From an uncultured delta proteobacterium (GTDB lineage: Bacteria > Desulfobacterota > Desulfomonilia > UBA1062), in assembly GCA_963752595.1 (NCBI GenBank), contig CAVVYZ010000013.1:64001-128000 (forward strand): a stretch of DNA of 64,000 nt, given 5' to 3'. Of the stretch, positions 22,470-31,483 are shown piece by piece (the first letter of the stretch is position 1; each line of letters begins with the position of its first letter). A program made the translations under genes and the position numbers. Below the pieces are notes generated by a model. It was not told the DNA's origin. It saw only the letters and a program-made list of their open reading frames with translations, and ran no database searches.

Positions 22470-23339
22470 TCATCGGAACGAAATAAGCTTGGCGCCGAGA
22501 TACACGCCTGCCCCTCCGGCCATGGCCCGCGTTGTTATGGGGAGCGGTTTGGAACGTAATGCCACAGGACCCAGCATGGGCTTGAGCTTATATCCTATCC
22601 TGATCCCTCGCGCCGCACCCGGAACAGCTTTTTCCAGGTCGGAATAACTCTGGGGCAAACCGCGTGCAAGGCCCGGCCATCCGTTCACCATATACGCCAT
22701 AACGTGAGGCGTCTTGTCTATCCCGCCCCGTACGACGCAGGCACCCTCCGGACTGGTCAGCTCCTCGAGTGCCCGATGGAGTGACGGAGCGTGCGTCCAC
22801 ATATTGTAGAACGACATGCGCCCCTCGCTGCTTATCACGTAGGTCGGGTGTGAAAGGCCGCCGTACACCTGGTGGACCCTGCCTTCGAGATCATCCACCA
22901 GCACGCGCCAGGGGATTTCTTCGGCATCCCGGTATCTCCGTGCATCCTCCATCTTCTGTTCATAGGTGTCATATGCCGGGGCCAGGGGGCCGGGGTGGGC
23001 CTGGCGGATGAAAACTTCCAGAAACTGTACCCTGTCGCCCCAGCTGCAGTACAGCTTTTTGAACGGCTCGACCGAGCCGATTGTAGCCGGTCAACTGATT
23101 GATCCGAAGCGCAGGAGCACCGGCTTGCCTCTGAGATCGCCGAGTCTGATCCTGTTTCCATCCGTATCCTCCAGCTCGAAATCAGGGACAGGACAGCCGG
23201 GGCCGATGCCCTTGCCGGCCATAGTCCTTCTGGCATCCATCATTGCATACGGCCTCAGGAAATGATCATAGTTGTATTCATCTATATCCTGTCGGTCTAT
23301 CATCTTGTCGAACAGTTCCGCTACCGTTCTCTGTTCCAT
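22470..23339 (-). CDS. Selenocysteine-containing iodothyronine-deiodinase-like thioredoxin-fold protein (289 aa; Sec at TGA 23091-23093)
   Basis: ORFs 23091..23339 and 22470..22952 are in frame, separated only by TGA; sequence reads GKPVLLRFGSIS-U-PA...FLEVFIRQAHPG; hairpin just downstream. Confidence 0.85.
23062..23082 (-). promoter_or_regulatory. Bacterial SECIS element
   Basis: mRNA UGA-CCGGCUACAAU-CGGCUC-GGUC-GAGCCG-UU: 6-bp stem after an 11-nt spacer, G-first tetraloop, bulged U. Confidence 0.8.
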
Positions 23340-23515
23340 ATGTCCTCCCGGTTCCGGTAATGATTTTTTAAGGGAATGAGCAATACGTCATAGAGGAAAA
23401 GTAGAAAAAAACAGCCGGATCTCAATATGCGGCCGAAATTTCACATCGGGTTTTCAGCCGATGGGTTTTCAATGTGTGAGAGCCATGAGGGCCAAGGAAA
23501 TCAGCTCCCGGCAGG

Positions 23516-24682
23516 TCAACCGGCACGCTTATCCAGGGCTTTTTTCATCCGGTCCAGACCCTCGGCAAGAATGCTGCGGGGACAGCCGAAGTTGAGGCGC
23601 ACAAAGCCCGGCATGCCGAAATCCGCGCCGCTGGACAGGCCTACACCGCTATCTTCAAAGAAGGCTGCAGGGTCTTCCAATTCCAGCTCCCGGCAGTCGA
23701 TCCACGCCAGATAGGTAGCCTCGACGTGCCGCATGCTGATGCCGGGTGTCTTATCAACGAAATCTTCCACCAGGTCGCGGTTCTGCCTCAGGCAGGCAAT
23801 GAGTTCGAGCCGCCAGTCTTCGCAGTCACGGTATGCTGCCAGGGCAGCGGTGTAGCCCAAGGCGTTCACATGGGGTACGATCCCTTCCATAGCTTTTCTG
23901 AAACACGACCGTAATCCTTTGTCAGGTATGACGGCCAGGGAGCAGCCAAGGCCGGGGAGGTTGTAGGTCTTGCTCGGTGCAAGCAGCGTAATGGTCTGCC
24001 TTGCGAAATCCTTATCCATCGCCGCAAGGGAAACGTGCCGAGCATCGTTGTCGAGGACAAGCCCGCAGTGGATCTCATCCGAGCAGACAACAGCCCCGCG
24101 GCTCATGCAGATCTTTGCAAGGCGTTCAAGCTCTGCGGGGGTGAATACACGGCCGGTAGGGTTCTGCGGGTTGCAGAGCAGGAACATCTTCGTGCGCTTT
24201 GTAAAAGCCTGCTCGATGCCTTCAAAATCAAAGGCGTATCCGTTGCGTTCACCGATATGGGCCACGGTGATCAGTGTGCGCCCGGAGAGTACAGGCGCGC
24301 TCAGGAAAGGGGGATAGGCGGGGATAGTGGTCATGACCGCATTCCCTGGTTCGCCGACGGACCGGCAGGCGACGTTGATGCCGGTCACAAGCCCGGGGAG
24401 CCAGACGATCCATTCAGGCTCGGCCTTCCAGGAGTGTGTCCTTTCCAGCAGAGCCAGGACTTCATCCACGAGGCCGTCCGGCGGCAGCGTGTAGCCGAAT
24501 ATGCCGTGGTCGATGTGCCTGTGCAGGGCAGCGATGACGGCAGGCGGCGCCTTGAAGTCCATATCCGCAACCCACAGGGGGATGATGTCCCTGCCTTTAT
24601 ATCTGTCCCACTTCAGGCTCCCGGTATTCCGGCGGTCCACGGGGGTATCGAAGTCAAAGAGTGTCTCAATCCGTCTTGCCAT
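23516..24682 (-). CDS. MalY/PatB-family PLP-dependent C-S lyase
   Basis: SLKW, PLWVADMDF, LCNPQNP, SDEIH, APSKTYN, RLNFGCP. Confidence 0.93.
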   Translation of the reverse strand: MARRIETLFDFDTPVDRRNTGSLKWDRYKGRDIIPLWVADMDFKAPPAVIAALHRHIDHGIFGYTLPPDGLVDEVLALLERTHSWKAEPEWIVWLPGLVTGINVACRSVGEPGNAVMTTIPAYPPFLSAPVLSGRTLITVAHIGERNGYAFDFEGIEQAFTKRTKMFLLCNPQNPTGRVFTPAELERLAKICMSRGAVVCSDEIHCGLVLDNDARHVSLAAMDKDFARQTITLLAPSKTYNLPGLGCSLAVIPDKGLRSCFRKAMEGIVPHVNALGYTAALAAYRDCEDWRLELIACLRQNRDLVEDFVDKTPGISMRHVEATYLAWIDCRELELEDPAAFFEDSGVGLSSGADFGMPGFVRLNFGCPRSILAEGLDRMKKALDKRAG

Positions 24683-24782
24683 AATACACGCAGGTAGGCT
24701 GTGCAGGATAAAACGGGGCAAGGGCCTGTCCGTCCGGCACCGGCTCATGCCCCGTTTTACGCTGCAGTATCTTTAAAAGGCG

Positions 24783-25760
24783 TTATTTTGCCCCGCCTGC
24801 TTCCGGCATCCGGCCGGGAGCAACAGGAGGCAAACCCGGCTCGGGCATGGGCTGGCTATTCGCTGCTTCTGCCTCTGCCTTCTTGAAATAATCCTCATTG
24901 ATCGTGACAGGGGTAGTCTTCTTTATCTGCTCGATGAGGGTTTTGACAGCTTCCTCGCCCTTCCGGCTCCGGATCTGTCGCTCGATGGTTTCCCGTGCTT
25001 CGGTGATATCCACCTGCCCTCCGGCATCCACATCGTCACACATGATGATGTGATAGCCGAAGGAGGTTTTGACAACGCCACTCATTTTTCCTTTTTTGAG
25101 GGCAAACGCAGCCTTCTCGAATTCGGGAACCATCATCCCTTTTGTTGCCCAGCCCAGATCTCCTCCCTGCTGGGCAGACGGGCACTTGGATTTTTCCTGG
25201 GCAAGTTTCGAGAAATCTCCGCCTTTTTTCAACCGGGCAAGGATTGTCTTGGCCTCGGGCTCGCTTGCGACAAGGATGTGGCGAAGCTTTACCCTGGGTC
25301 CTGTGGTGAATTTCTCTTTATTCTCATTATAGAACTTGGATGCCTCTTCATCGCTGACCTTGATCTGTTCAAAAGATGATTCGGCAAGCCCCCTTGCCAG
25401 GATCTGATCGCCCATGAAATCAAGCTTGCGTTTCATGTCCGGTTTTTTATCCAAGCCCTTTTTCTTTGCCTCGATAGCCATCACCTTGATCTCGGTAAGG
25501 CTGGCAACGAACTCTCTCTTTCCTTCAGGGGAGGTATACCGGGCTCGGGCCTGCTCGGGTAGCTGTGAAAGGAGCGCATCGACATCGGTATCCATGATCT
25601 TCTCACCCCCGACCGTTGCCACGACGTGAGTCTTGTCCGCAACACCGTCTCCGGCGGCAGAAGCGCTCTTTTCCTTGGTACAGCTCGCCATAGCCAGTAC
25701 AAGCATCATTCCCAACACTATAAATTTTTTCACTAAGGTCTCCTTTTGGGCAATATTCAT
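24783..25760 (-). CDS. Parvulin-type peptidyl-prolyl isomerase lipoprotein
   Basis: RHILV, GGDLGW, MVPEFEKAAF, TSFGYHII; lipobox MASC. Confidence 0.92.
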   Translation of the reverse strand: MNIAQKETLVKKFIVLGMMLVLAMASCTKEKSASAAGDGVADKTHVVATVGGEKIMDTDVDALLSQLPEQARARYTSPEGKREFVASLTEIKVMAIEAKKKGLDKKPDMKRKLDFMGDQILARGLAESSFEQIKVSDEEASKFYNENKEKFTTGPRVKLRHILVASEPEAKTILARLKKGGDFSKLAQEKSKCPSAQQGGDLGWATKGMMVPEFEKAAFALKKGKMSGVVKTSFGYHIIMCDDVDAGGQVDITEARETIERQIRSRKGEEAVKTLIEQIKKTTPVTINEDYFKKAEAEAANSQPMPEPGLPPVAPGRMPEAGGAK

Positions 25761-25870
25761 GATGGAGTCCCTGTAGCATACACCGGCTATGAACGGGAAA
25801 GGAAAAAAGCAGGGATAAAAAAGAGAGCGGGGAGACAGATATATCCGCCCCGTTCATCCCGGGCTCAAAC

Positions 25871-26521
25871 CTACTTGAACTGCTCCATGAAGGCGCTTAC
25901 CTTGAGTCTGAATGCATTGAATTCCAGGCGCAATGCCTTGAGCTCCTCTTTGAGTTCTGCTGTCCCTGGAGGTTCCTCCCGGGCAGGAGTGCCGTCCGAT
26001 GCAGAAGGGCTGAACCTCTCTCCCTGTACATCCTCCGGAATGCCGGACAGGAGATGGGCATAGCGGGACTCTTTCTGTCCGGGCATGCGGGGGGCCTTCA
26101 TGACATACCCGGCTTCTATCAGGTCGTTCAGCGTTTCATCGACACTTTCCAGGTCGGCAAATTCGTGGAGCCGCTCGGTGTGAGCCTTGATTTCCCCTAT
26201 GGTCTGGGGTCCCCTCAGCATCAGCATGCAGAGCACTGACGCCTCGCTGTTGATCAGTTTGTTATTCTTTACAAGCCACTGCTCATACTTGGGCACCCGG
26301 CCGGAATCGCTTTTCCATACCAGGCGCTTTTCCTGCAGCCTGACCAGGACGCCAAGCACGAGCTTCTCATCATAGGAGACTACCGGAAACCGGCTTGTCT
26401 TCTGATTGCACGCATTGAGCAGTGCGTTCAGGGTAAGGGGATAGTACTCCGGGGTGGTCATCTCTTTTTCCAGCAGGCTGCCCAACACCCTGACCTCTTC
26501 GTGTGTAAGCGTGATATCCAT
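25871..26521 (-). CDS. YceH/DUF480 family protein
   Basis: EVRVLGSLLEKEMTTPEYYPLTLNAL..ACNQK, LMLRGPQT.GE. Confidence 0.92.
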   Translation of the reverse strand: MDITLTHEEVRVLGSLLEKEMTTPEYYPLTLNALLNACNQKTSRFPVVSYDEKLVLGVLVRLQEKRLVWKSDSGRVPKYEQWLVKNNKLINSEASVLCMLMLRGPQTIGEIKAHTERLHEFADLESVDETLNDLIEAGYVMKAPRMPGQKESRYAHLLSGIPEDVQGERFSPSASDGTPAREEPPGTAELKEELKALRLEFNAFRLKVSAFMEQFK

Positions 26522-26559
26522 ACGATCTCCTCGATCCGGTAAACGACGTGACCGGGCTA

Positions 26560-27231
26560 TTACCATGGCTCCAGATAATACAAAGGATTATCAGTCTCGC
26601 CGTTGATGTATACTTCAAAATGCAGGTGAGGTCCGGTGGATGCCCCTGTACTGCCCGACAGCGCAACCACTTCTCCCATCCTCACAGGGCAGCCTTTGGT
26701 CACAAGGCTCTCCCGGAGATGCCCGTATAACGACTGCAGGCCGTCACTATGCTGAATCCTCAGGACATTCCCGGCCCATTTATCTTTCCGCACCTCGATC
26801 ACCACTCCGTCTTCCACTGCAAATACGAGAGAACCCCGGGGAGCGCCGAAGTCGACCGCCCGGTGCCCCTTTGAATATTCATTGGTGATGAGCGTGGTTT
26901 CCACGGGACGGAGCAGGTAGCCGTCCGGGTTTTTCCTGCTGTAGGCGCATCGCCTGCATTTCTCCACCCATCTGATGTTGTCCCTTGCCCCGCATTGAGG
27001 ACATGACCACACGCAATCTCTTTGGCCTTCGCACCACCAGGATGCATCATAGTGCCCGGCGGCGTCTTCGCGTCCGCACGACGTGCACATCTTCCTGCCG
27101 GAAAAGCCGGGATACAGGGATCGGGCAAAGTCGTATGCATCCGGCTGCGAAAACAGGCCGAATACGAGAATGCAGGCAGCGAAAACGCCGAGCAGGGTTT
27201 TCATGTGAGCAAGACCGGTTTTTCTCCTCAT
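26560..27231 (-). CDS. M23-family metallopeptidase with Cys-rich N-terminal region
   Basis: HRAVD (HxxxD), YGHL, STGPHLHFE. Confidence 0.85.
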   Translation of the reverse strand: MRRKTGLAHMKTLLGVFAACILVFGLFSQPDAYDFARSLYPGFSGRKMCTSCGREDAAGHYDASWWCEGQRDCVWSCPQCGARDNIRWVEKCRRCAYSRKNPDGYLLRPVETTLITNEYSKGHRAVDFGAPRGSLVFAVEDGVVIEVRKDKWAGNVLRIQHSDGLQSLYGHLRESLVTKGCPVRMGEVVALSGSTGASTGPHLHFEVYINGETDNPLYYLEPW

Positions 27232-27520
27232 ACGCCCTGTTGGATATTTCTCCTTTAAGGATTAACCGCAATCATCTCTTAGGATGGCCGGGGGATCAAG
27301 CCTTTTTCTTACCTGTCCAAAGGTGCGGTCATTTCGTCTTTTCCTGGATGATGGTTTCACCCTGCTCGATGATATGGATGCTCCGTTGATAAAAACAATT
27401 GCCGGCCATTCTTTTCAAGAGAGGGCTTCCATTCAGCAGAATGGACCGTATTAAGAATACAAGGATATTTAAAAAGACATTTTCTCGGACTAGGACGAGA
27501 AACACACAAGGAGGGGATAT

Positions 27521-28111
27521 ATGATTGGATTGCCGGATTTACCATATGGCAAGAATGCTCTTGAGCCGACGATTAGTGCCAAGACCCTGGAGTTTCATCA
27601 CGATAAGCATCACAAGGCGTACGTGGACACCGCGAACAAGCTCATAACAGGGACGGACCTGGAAAAGGAATCGCTGGAGACTATTATACGCAAGGTTGCC
27701 GGCGACCAGTCAAAGGTGACGCTTTTCAATAATGCAGCCCAGGTCTGGAATCATAGCTTCTACTGGCAGTGCCTCAAGCCGGGAGGCGGCGGTGCGCCGG
27801 CCGGCACCGTCGGCTCGAAGATCACCTCGATCTGGGGCAGCGCCGGGAAGTTTTTCGAAGAACTGAAGAATGCCGGAGTCACGCAGTTCGGCAGCGGGTG
27901 GGCATGGCTGGTGCTCGAAGGCGGCGAGCTCAAGATTACCAAGACCGCCAATGCCGACACCCCGCTCGTACACGGGCAAAAGCCCCTGCTGACCATCGAT
28001 GTGTGGGAGCATGCCTATTATCTCGACTACCAGAACCGGAGGCCGGACTACCTTTCAGCCGTAATCGAAAAGCTCATAAACTGGGACTTCGTGAATTCCT
28101 GCATGAGATAG
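27521..28111 (+). CDS. sodB: Fe-type superoxide dismutase
   Basis: HHDKHH, FNNAAQVWNH, FGSGWAW, DVWEHAYY. Confidence 0.93.
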   Translation: MIGLPDLPYGKNALEPTISAKTLEFHHDKHHKAYVDTANKLITGTDLEKESLETIIRKVAGDQSKVTLFNNAAQVWNHSFYWQCLKPGGGGAPAGTVGSKITSIWGSAGKFFEELKNAGVTQFGSGWAWLVLEGGELKITKTANADTPLVHGQKPLLTIDVWEHAYYLDYQNRRPDYLSAVIEKLINWDFVNSCMR

Positions 28112-28270
28112 TGGGCGGGGCTCTTGTCCCGGCCCGGCCGTATTCTTTTGCAAAGAATGCGGGTTTTGTTCCGATGCCTGACAGGCATCCATGTTTGTCT
28201 CACTGCTTTTACAGGCCTGCGATAAAATGTCTGGTGACATCGTGCGGATAAGGTATTAAAGAGACAGGCA

Positions 28271-29041
28271 ATGAGATCTTCCGAAGTTCCCTCAGCAGCG
28301 GGCGTGCTCTCCGTAACGGAGCTGTGCAAGCAGTACGGCGATACTATAGCTGTTGACGGTATCTCGTTCGCTGTGGGCGCCCGTGAGATCGTCGGGCTCC
28401 TGGGGCCGAACGGGGCAGGGAAGACCACGACCATCAACATGGTTCTGGGCGTATTGGAGCCGAGCTCAGGCAGCATCCGCATCGAAGGTACGGACATCCG
28501 GGAGAACCGCTCCCGGGCTCTCGAACGCACGAACTTCGCAGCCGTTTACGCCCCGCTTCCCGGGAACCTGACCGTGCAGCAGAACCTGCGGATCTTCGGC
28601 CTCATGTACGGGGTGGCCGATCTCCCGGCGCGCATCGAAGAGATGCTCAGGCAGTTCGATCTTGCGGCCTTCCGGCATACGAAGTGCGGCGTGCTCTCTT
28701 CGGGAGAGCAGACGCGCGTAGGCCTTGCCAAAGCCATGATCAACCGCCCGAATCTCCTTCTCCTGGACGAGCCGACGGCATCGCTCGACCCCTCAACAGC
28801 CCGTGAAATCCGCATGAAGATCCGCGAATTTATCGCACAGGGAACGGGTGGCGTGCTGTGGACTTCGCACAACATGTACGAGGTGGAAGAGGTCTGCGAC
28901 CGCGTGCTCTTCCTTTCCCGAGGAAAGATCCTCCTCGAAGGAGACCCCAAAACCCTGCCGGCCGAGCACGGCAAAGAGAATCTCGAAGAGCTTTTCATCG
29001 CCGTGGCGCGCGAGCCGCTCACGTTCGGGGAGGGCCTTTAG
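28271..29041 (+). CDS. ABC-2 exporter ATP-binding protein
   Basis: GPNGAGKTT, LSSGE, LDEPT, TSH. Confidence 0.92.
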   Translation: MRSSEVPSAAGVLSVTELCKQYGDTIAVDGISFAVGAREIVGLLGPNGAGKTTTINMVLGVLEPSSGSIRIEGTDIRENRSRALERTNFAAVYAPLPGNLTVQQNLRIFGLMYGVADLPARIEEMLRQFDLAAFRHTKCGVLSSGEQTRVGLAKAMINRPNLLLLDEPTASLDPSTAREIRMKIREFIAQGTGGVLWTSHNMYEVEEVCDRVLFLSRGKILLEGDPKTLPAEHGKENLEELFIAVAREPLTFGEGL

Positions 29042-29044
29042 GCC

Positions 29045-29848
29045 GTGAATGCAGGGCGCGTCTTTGCCATCGTGCTTCGCCAGTTCTATCTCTTGCGCGG
29101 GAGCTTCTCCCGTGTCATGCCGCTTTTTGCCTGGGTCGCAATCGACATCATCCTCTGGGGATTCATCACGAAATTTCTCAATACCGTCACGGCGGGCGGC
29201 TTCAATTTCGTGCCCATGCTGCTTGGGGCCGTTCTCCTCTGGGACTTTTTCATCAGGGTCATGCAGGGGGTGACCATGGCGTTCTTCGAAGATGTCTGGT
29301 CGCGAAACTTTCTCAATTTCTTTGCAACGCCGCTTTCCATATCCGAGTATGTGGGCGGCCTCGTGCTGACGAGCATTGCAACGAGCTCATTGGCGCTTGT
29401 GGTGATGCTCGTCCTGGCCACCGCGGTTTTCGGCCTTTCCTTCTTTCTCTACGGCCTCATGCTCATCCCGTTTCTTCTCGTGCTGTTCCTGTTCGGCATT
29501 GCGCTCGGCATCTTCGCGAGCGCCATGGTGCTCCGGCTCGGGCCGTCGGCAGAATGGTTCGTCTGGCCTGTCCCCGCGCTCCTCTCGCCGTTTGCGGGGG
29601 TGTTCTACCCGCTCTCGACGCTGCCGCAGTGGATGCAGTATGTCTCGCACCTGCTCCCGCCCGCATACGTGTTCGAGGGCATGCGGGCGATCGTCTTCGG
29701 CAAACCGGCATCAGTATCCGGGCTGCTGTTGGGCGCCTGCCTCGCTGTCCTGTACATATTCCTTGCGAGCCGTTTCTTTGCCCGAACCTACCGTCACGCC
29801 GTGCGTACCGGCCTCATCGCCCGCTATAGCGCAGAAAGCCTGAGCTAG
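29045..29848 (+). CDS. ABC-2 exporter permease
   Basis: Six TM pattern, GVFYPLSTLPQW; adjacent to the ATPase. Confidence 0.9.
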   Translation: MNAGRVFAIVLRQFYLLRGSFSRVMPLFAWVAIDIILWGFITKFLNTVTAGGFNFVPMLLGAVLLWDFFIRVMQGVTMAFFEDVWSRNFLNFFATPLSISEYVGGLVLTSIATSSLALVVMLVLATAVFGLSFFLYGLMLIPFLLVLFLFGIALGIFASAMVLRLGPSAEWFVWPVPALLSPFAGVFYPLSTLPQWMQYVSHLLPPAYVFEGMRAIVFGKPASVSGLLLGACLAVLYIFLASRFFARTYRHAVRTGLIARYSAESLS

Positions 29849-29908
29849 CACGCAGGTGATGAAGCAATACGGAACCAGCCCTGGATAGTCGAACTAGAGT
29901 TCAACCAC

Positions 29909-30457
29909 TCAGTCATCCGGCATCCCTCTGGGATCTCCGGGTATTCTGGATCCGGGCAGCCTGATAGATTGAGGGGGCAGCACTGTTTCTGTTTCCGGCG
30001 GTACAACCGCAGCATTCGCCTGAAGCTGCTGCAGCTCCTTCTGTCCGGCCCGGATCTCCGCTTGTTTATCGGTCATCATCTGCCGGAGTCCATTGGCCTG
30101 GGCCTGCGATTTATTGAGCTTTGCCTGCCATTCCTTCATCGCCTTGTCATACGCTTGCCAGGCTTTGCTGTCGTTCCCTCGAGGGGTTTCAGGTTTGCTG
30201 CCCAGGAGGGAGTTCTGTTCTTTCATGGCTGCATCGAGCTGCGGCTGTATTGCCTGCAGCTCCGCCTGTAATTGCTTGATCTGCGAGTGAAGGGCTTGAA
30301 TCCGTGCTTGAACCGACGTGGCTCCCTCGGCGGAAGCCTGAGAAGAAGAGCTCCCCGTGGGAATCCCGCCGTGGGTTTGGGAGCGAGCATCGCTAAAGGT
30401 CATGATTATTGCCAGGAAGCATGAAAATATGACGAGAGGGTAACAGCTTTGTTTCAT
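29909..30457 (-). CDS. Secreted coiled-coil protein, unknown function
   Basis: Signal peptide followed by Q/A/L-rich heptads. Confidence 0.6.
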   Translation of the reverse strand: MKQSCYPLVIFSCFLAIIMTFSDARSQTHGGIPTGSSSSQASAEGATSVQARIQALHSQIKQLQAELQAIQPQLDAAMKEQNSLLGSKPETPRGNDSKAWQAYDKAMKEWQAKLNKSQAQANGLRQMMTDKQAEIRAGQKELQQLQANAAVVPPETETVLPPQSIRLPGSRIPGDPRGMPDD

Positions 30458-30520
30458 CGGTTCCTCCTTAACCTCCTTCATAAGACGTCATCCGCTTTCT
30501 TAAAGAGCCTGAAGCGGAAA

Positions 30521-31483
30521 TTACAAAAAAGCCGGCTCTTCCGCACCGGCATAATCCCCCTGCATGGTTTCCTCGCCGGGTTTGTACACCCTGATCCCTT
30601 CGGCGGAGAACAGCTGTTCGACGGTTAAAAGTTCTGCATTCGTGGGCACGCGGAATTCAGGGCCGGCCGGGAGCCCCAGCCATCGGCGCTTGTTCGCCCC
30701 CATGGGATGATAGGGCACGACAGTCAGGAAAGGTATTCCCAGCCCGCGGAGAAAGCTTGCCCAGCCTTTGATGTTTTCCTGCCCGTCCGTCATCCCCGGT
30801 ACAAGAGGAAGGCGCGGCCGGATCAGAGGGCCCTCGTGCCTGCCCCGGGCCTCTGCAAGGGATTTGAGGTTCTGCTTGATCACCGTGTTATCAACGCCGC
30901 ATACCCGGTGGTGCTGCTCGCTGTCATAGATTTTTATGTCGTAGAGCACGACCTGGAGCTCCCGAACCAGGGGCGAAAGCTTCTCCATATCAAAGAACCC
31001 GCAGGTCTCCAGTGCTGCATCGATGCCTTCTTGGCGCAGCAACCCTGCCAGCCTGGTTGTAAACTCCGGATAGAGTGAAGGCTCGCCGCCCGTAAAGGTC
31101 ACGCCGCCTCCTGAGGTCTTGAACAGGGGGAACTCGGGCCGCAGCTCCTCCACGATCTCCTCCGGGGTCCGATGAATGCCGAAACGCGTCATGGCGCCCG
31201 AAGGGCAGCTTTCGGTGCAGGCAAAGCAGAGGCGGCACACTTTCACATCCCGTTTCCCGACTTCTGCCAGGGCATGCTCCGGACAATTTTCCACACAGGT
31301 GCCGCAGTTGATGCAGAGTGCGGGTTTGAAGGCGATCTCGATTTCAGCTTTCCAGGATTCGACGTTCTGGCACCAGGGGCAGCGCAGGGGGCAGCCCTTG
31401 AAAAACACCAGGCTCCGTATGCCGGGGCCGTCATGGAGGCAGAAATGCTGCAGCGAGAAGATGAGCGGCTCAGCCGAGCCCAT
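30521..31483 (-). CDS. Glycyl-radical enzyme activase (radical SAM with ferredoxin insert)
   Basis: HDGPGIR, GCPLRCPWCQN, two Cx2Cx2Cx3C motifs, GGVTFTGGEP. Confidence 0.93.
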   Translation of the reverse strand: MGSAEPLIFSLQHFCLHDGPGIRSLVFFKGCPLRCPWCQNVESWKAEIEIAFKPALCINCGTCVENCPEHALAEVGKRDVKVCRLCFACTESCPSGAMTRFGIHRTPEEIVEELRPEFPLFKTSGGGVTFTGGEPSLYPEFTTRLAGLLRQEGIDAALETCGFFDMEKLSPLVRELQVVLYDIKIYDSEQHHRVCGVDNTVIKQNLKSLAEARGRHEGPLIRPRLPLVPGMTDGQENIKGWASFLRGLGIPFLTVVPYHPMGANKRRWLGLPAGPEFRVPTNAELLTVEQLFSAEGIRVYKPGEETMQGDYAGAEEPAFL

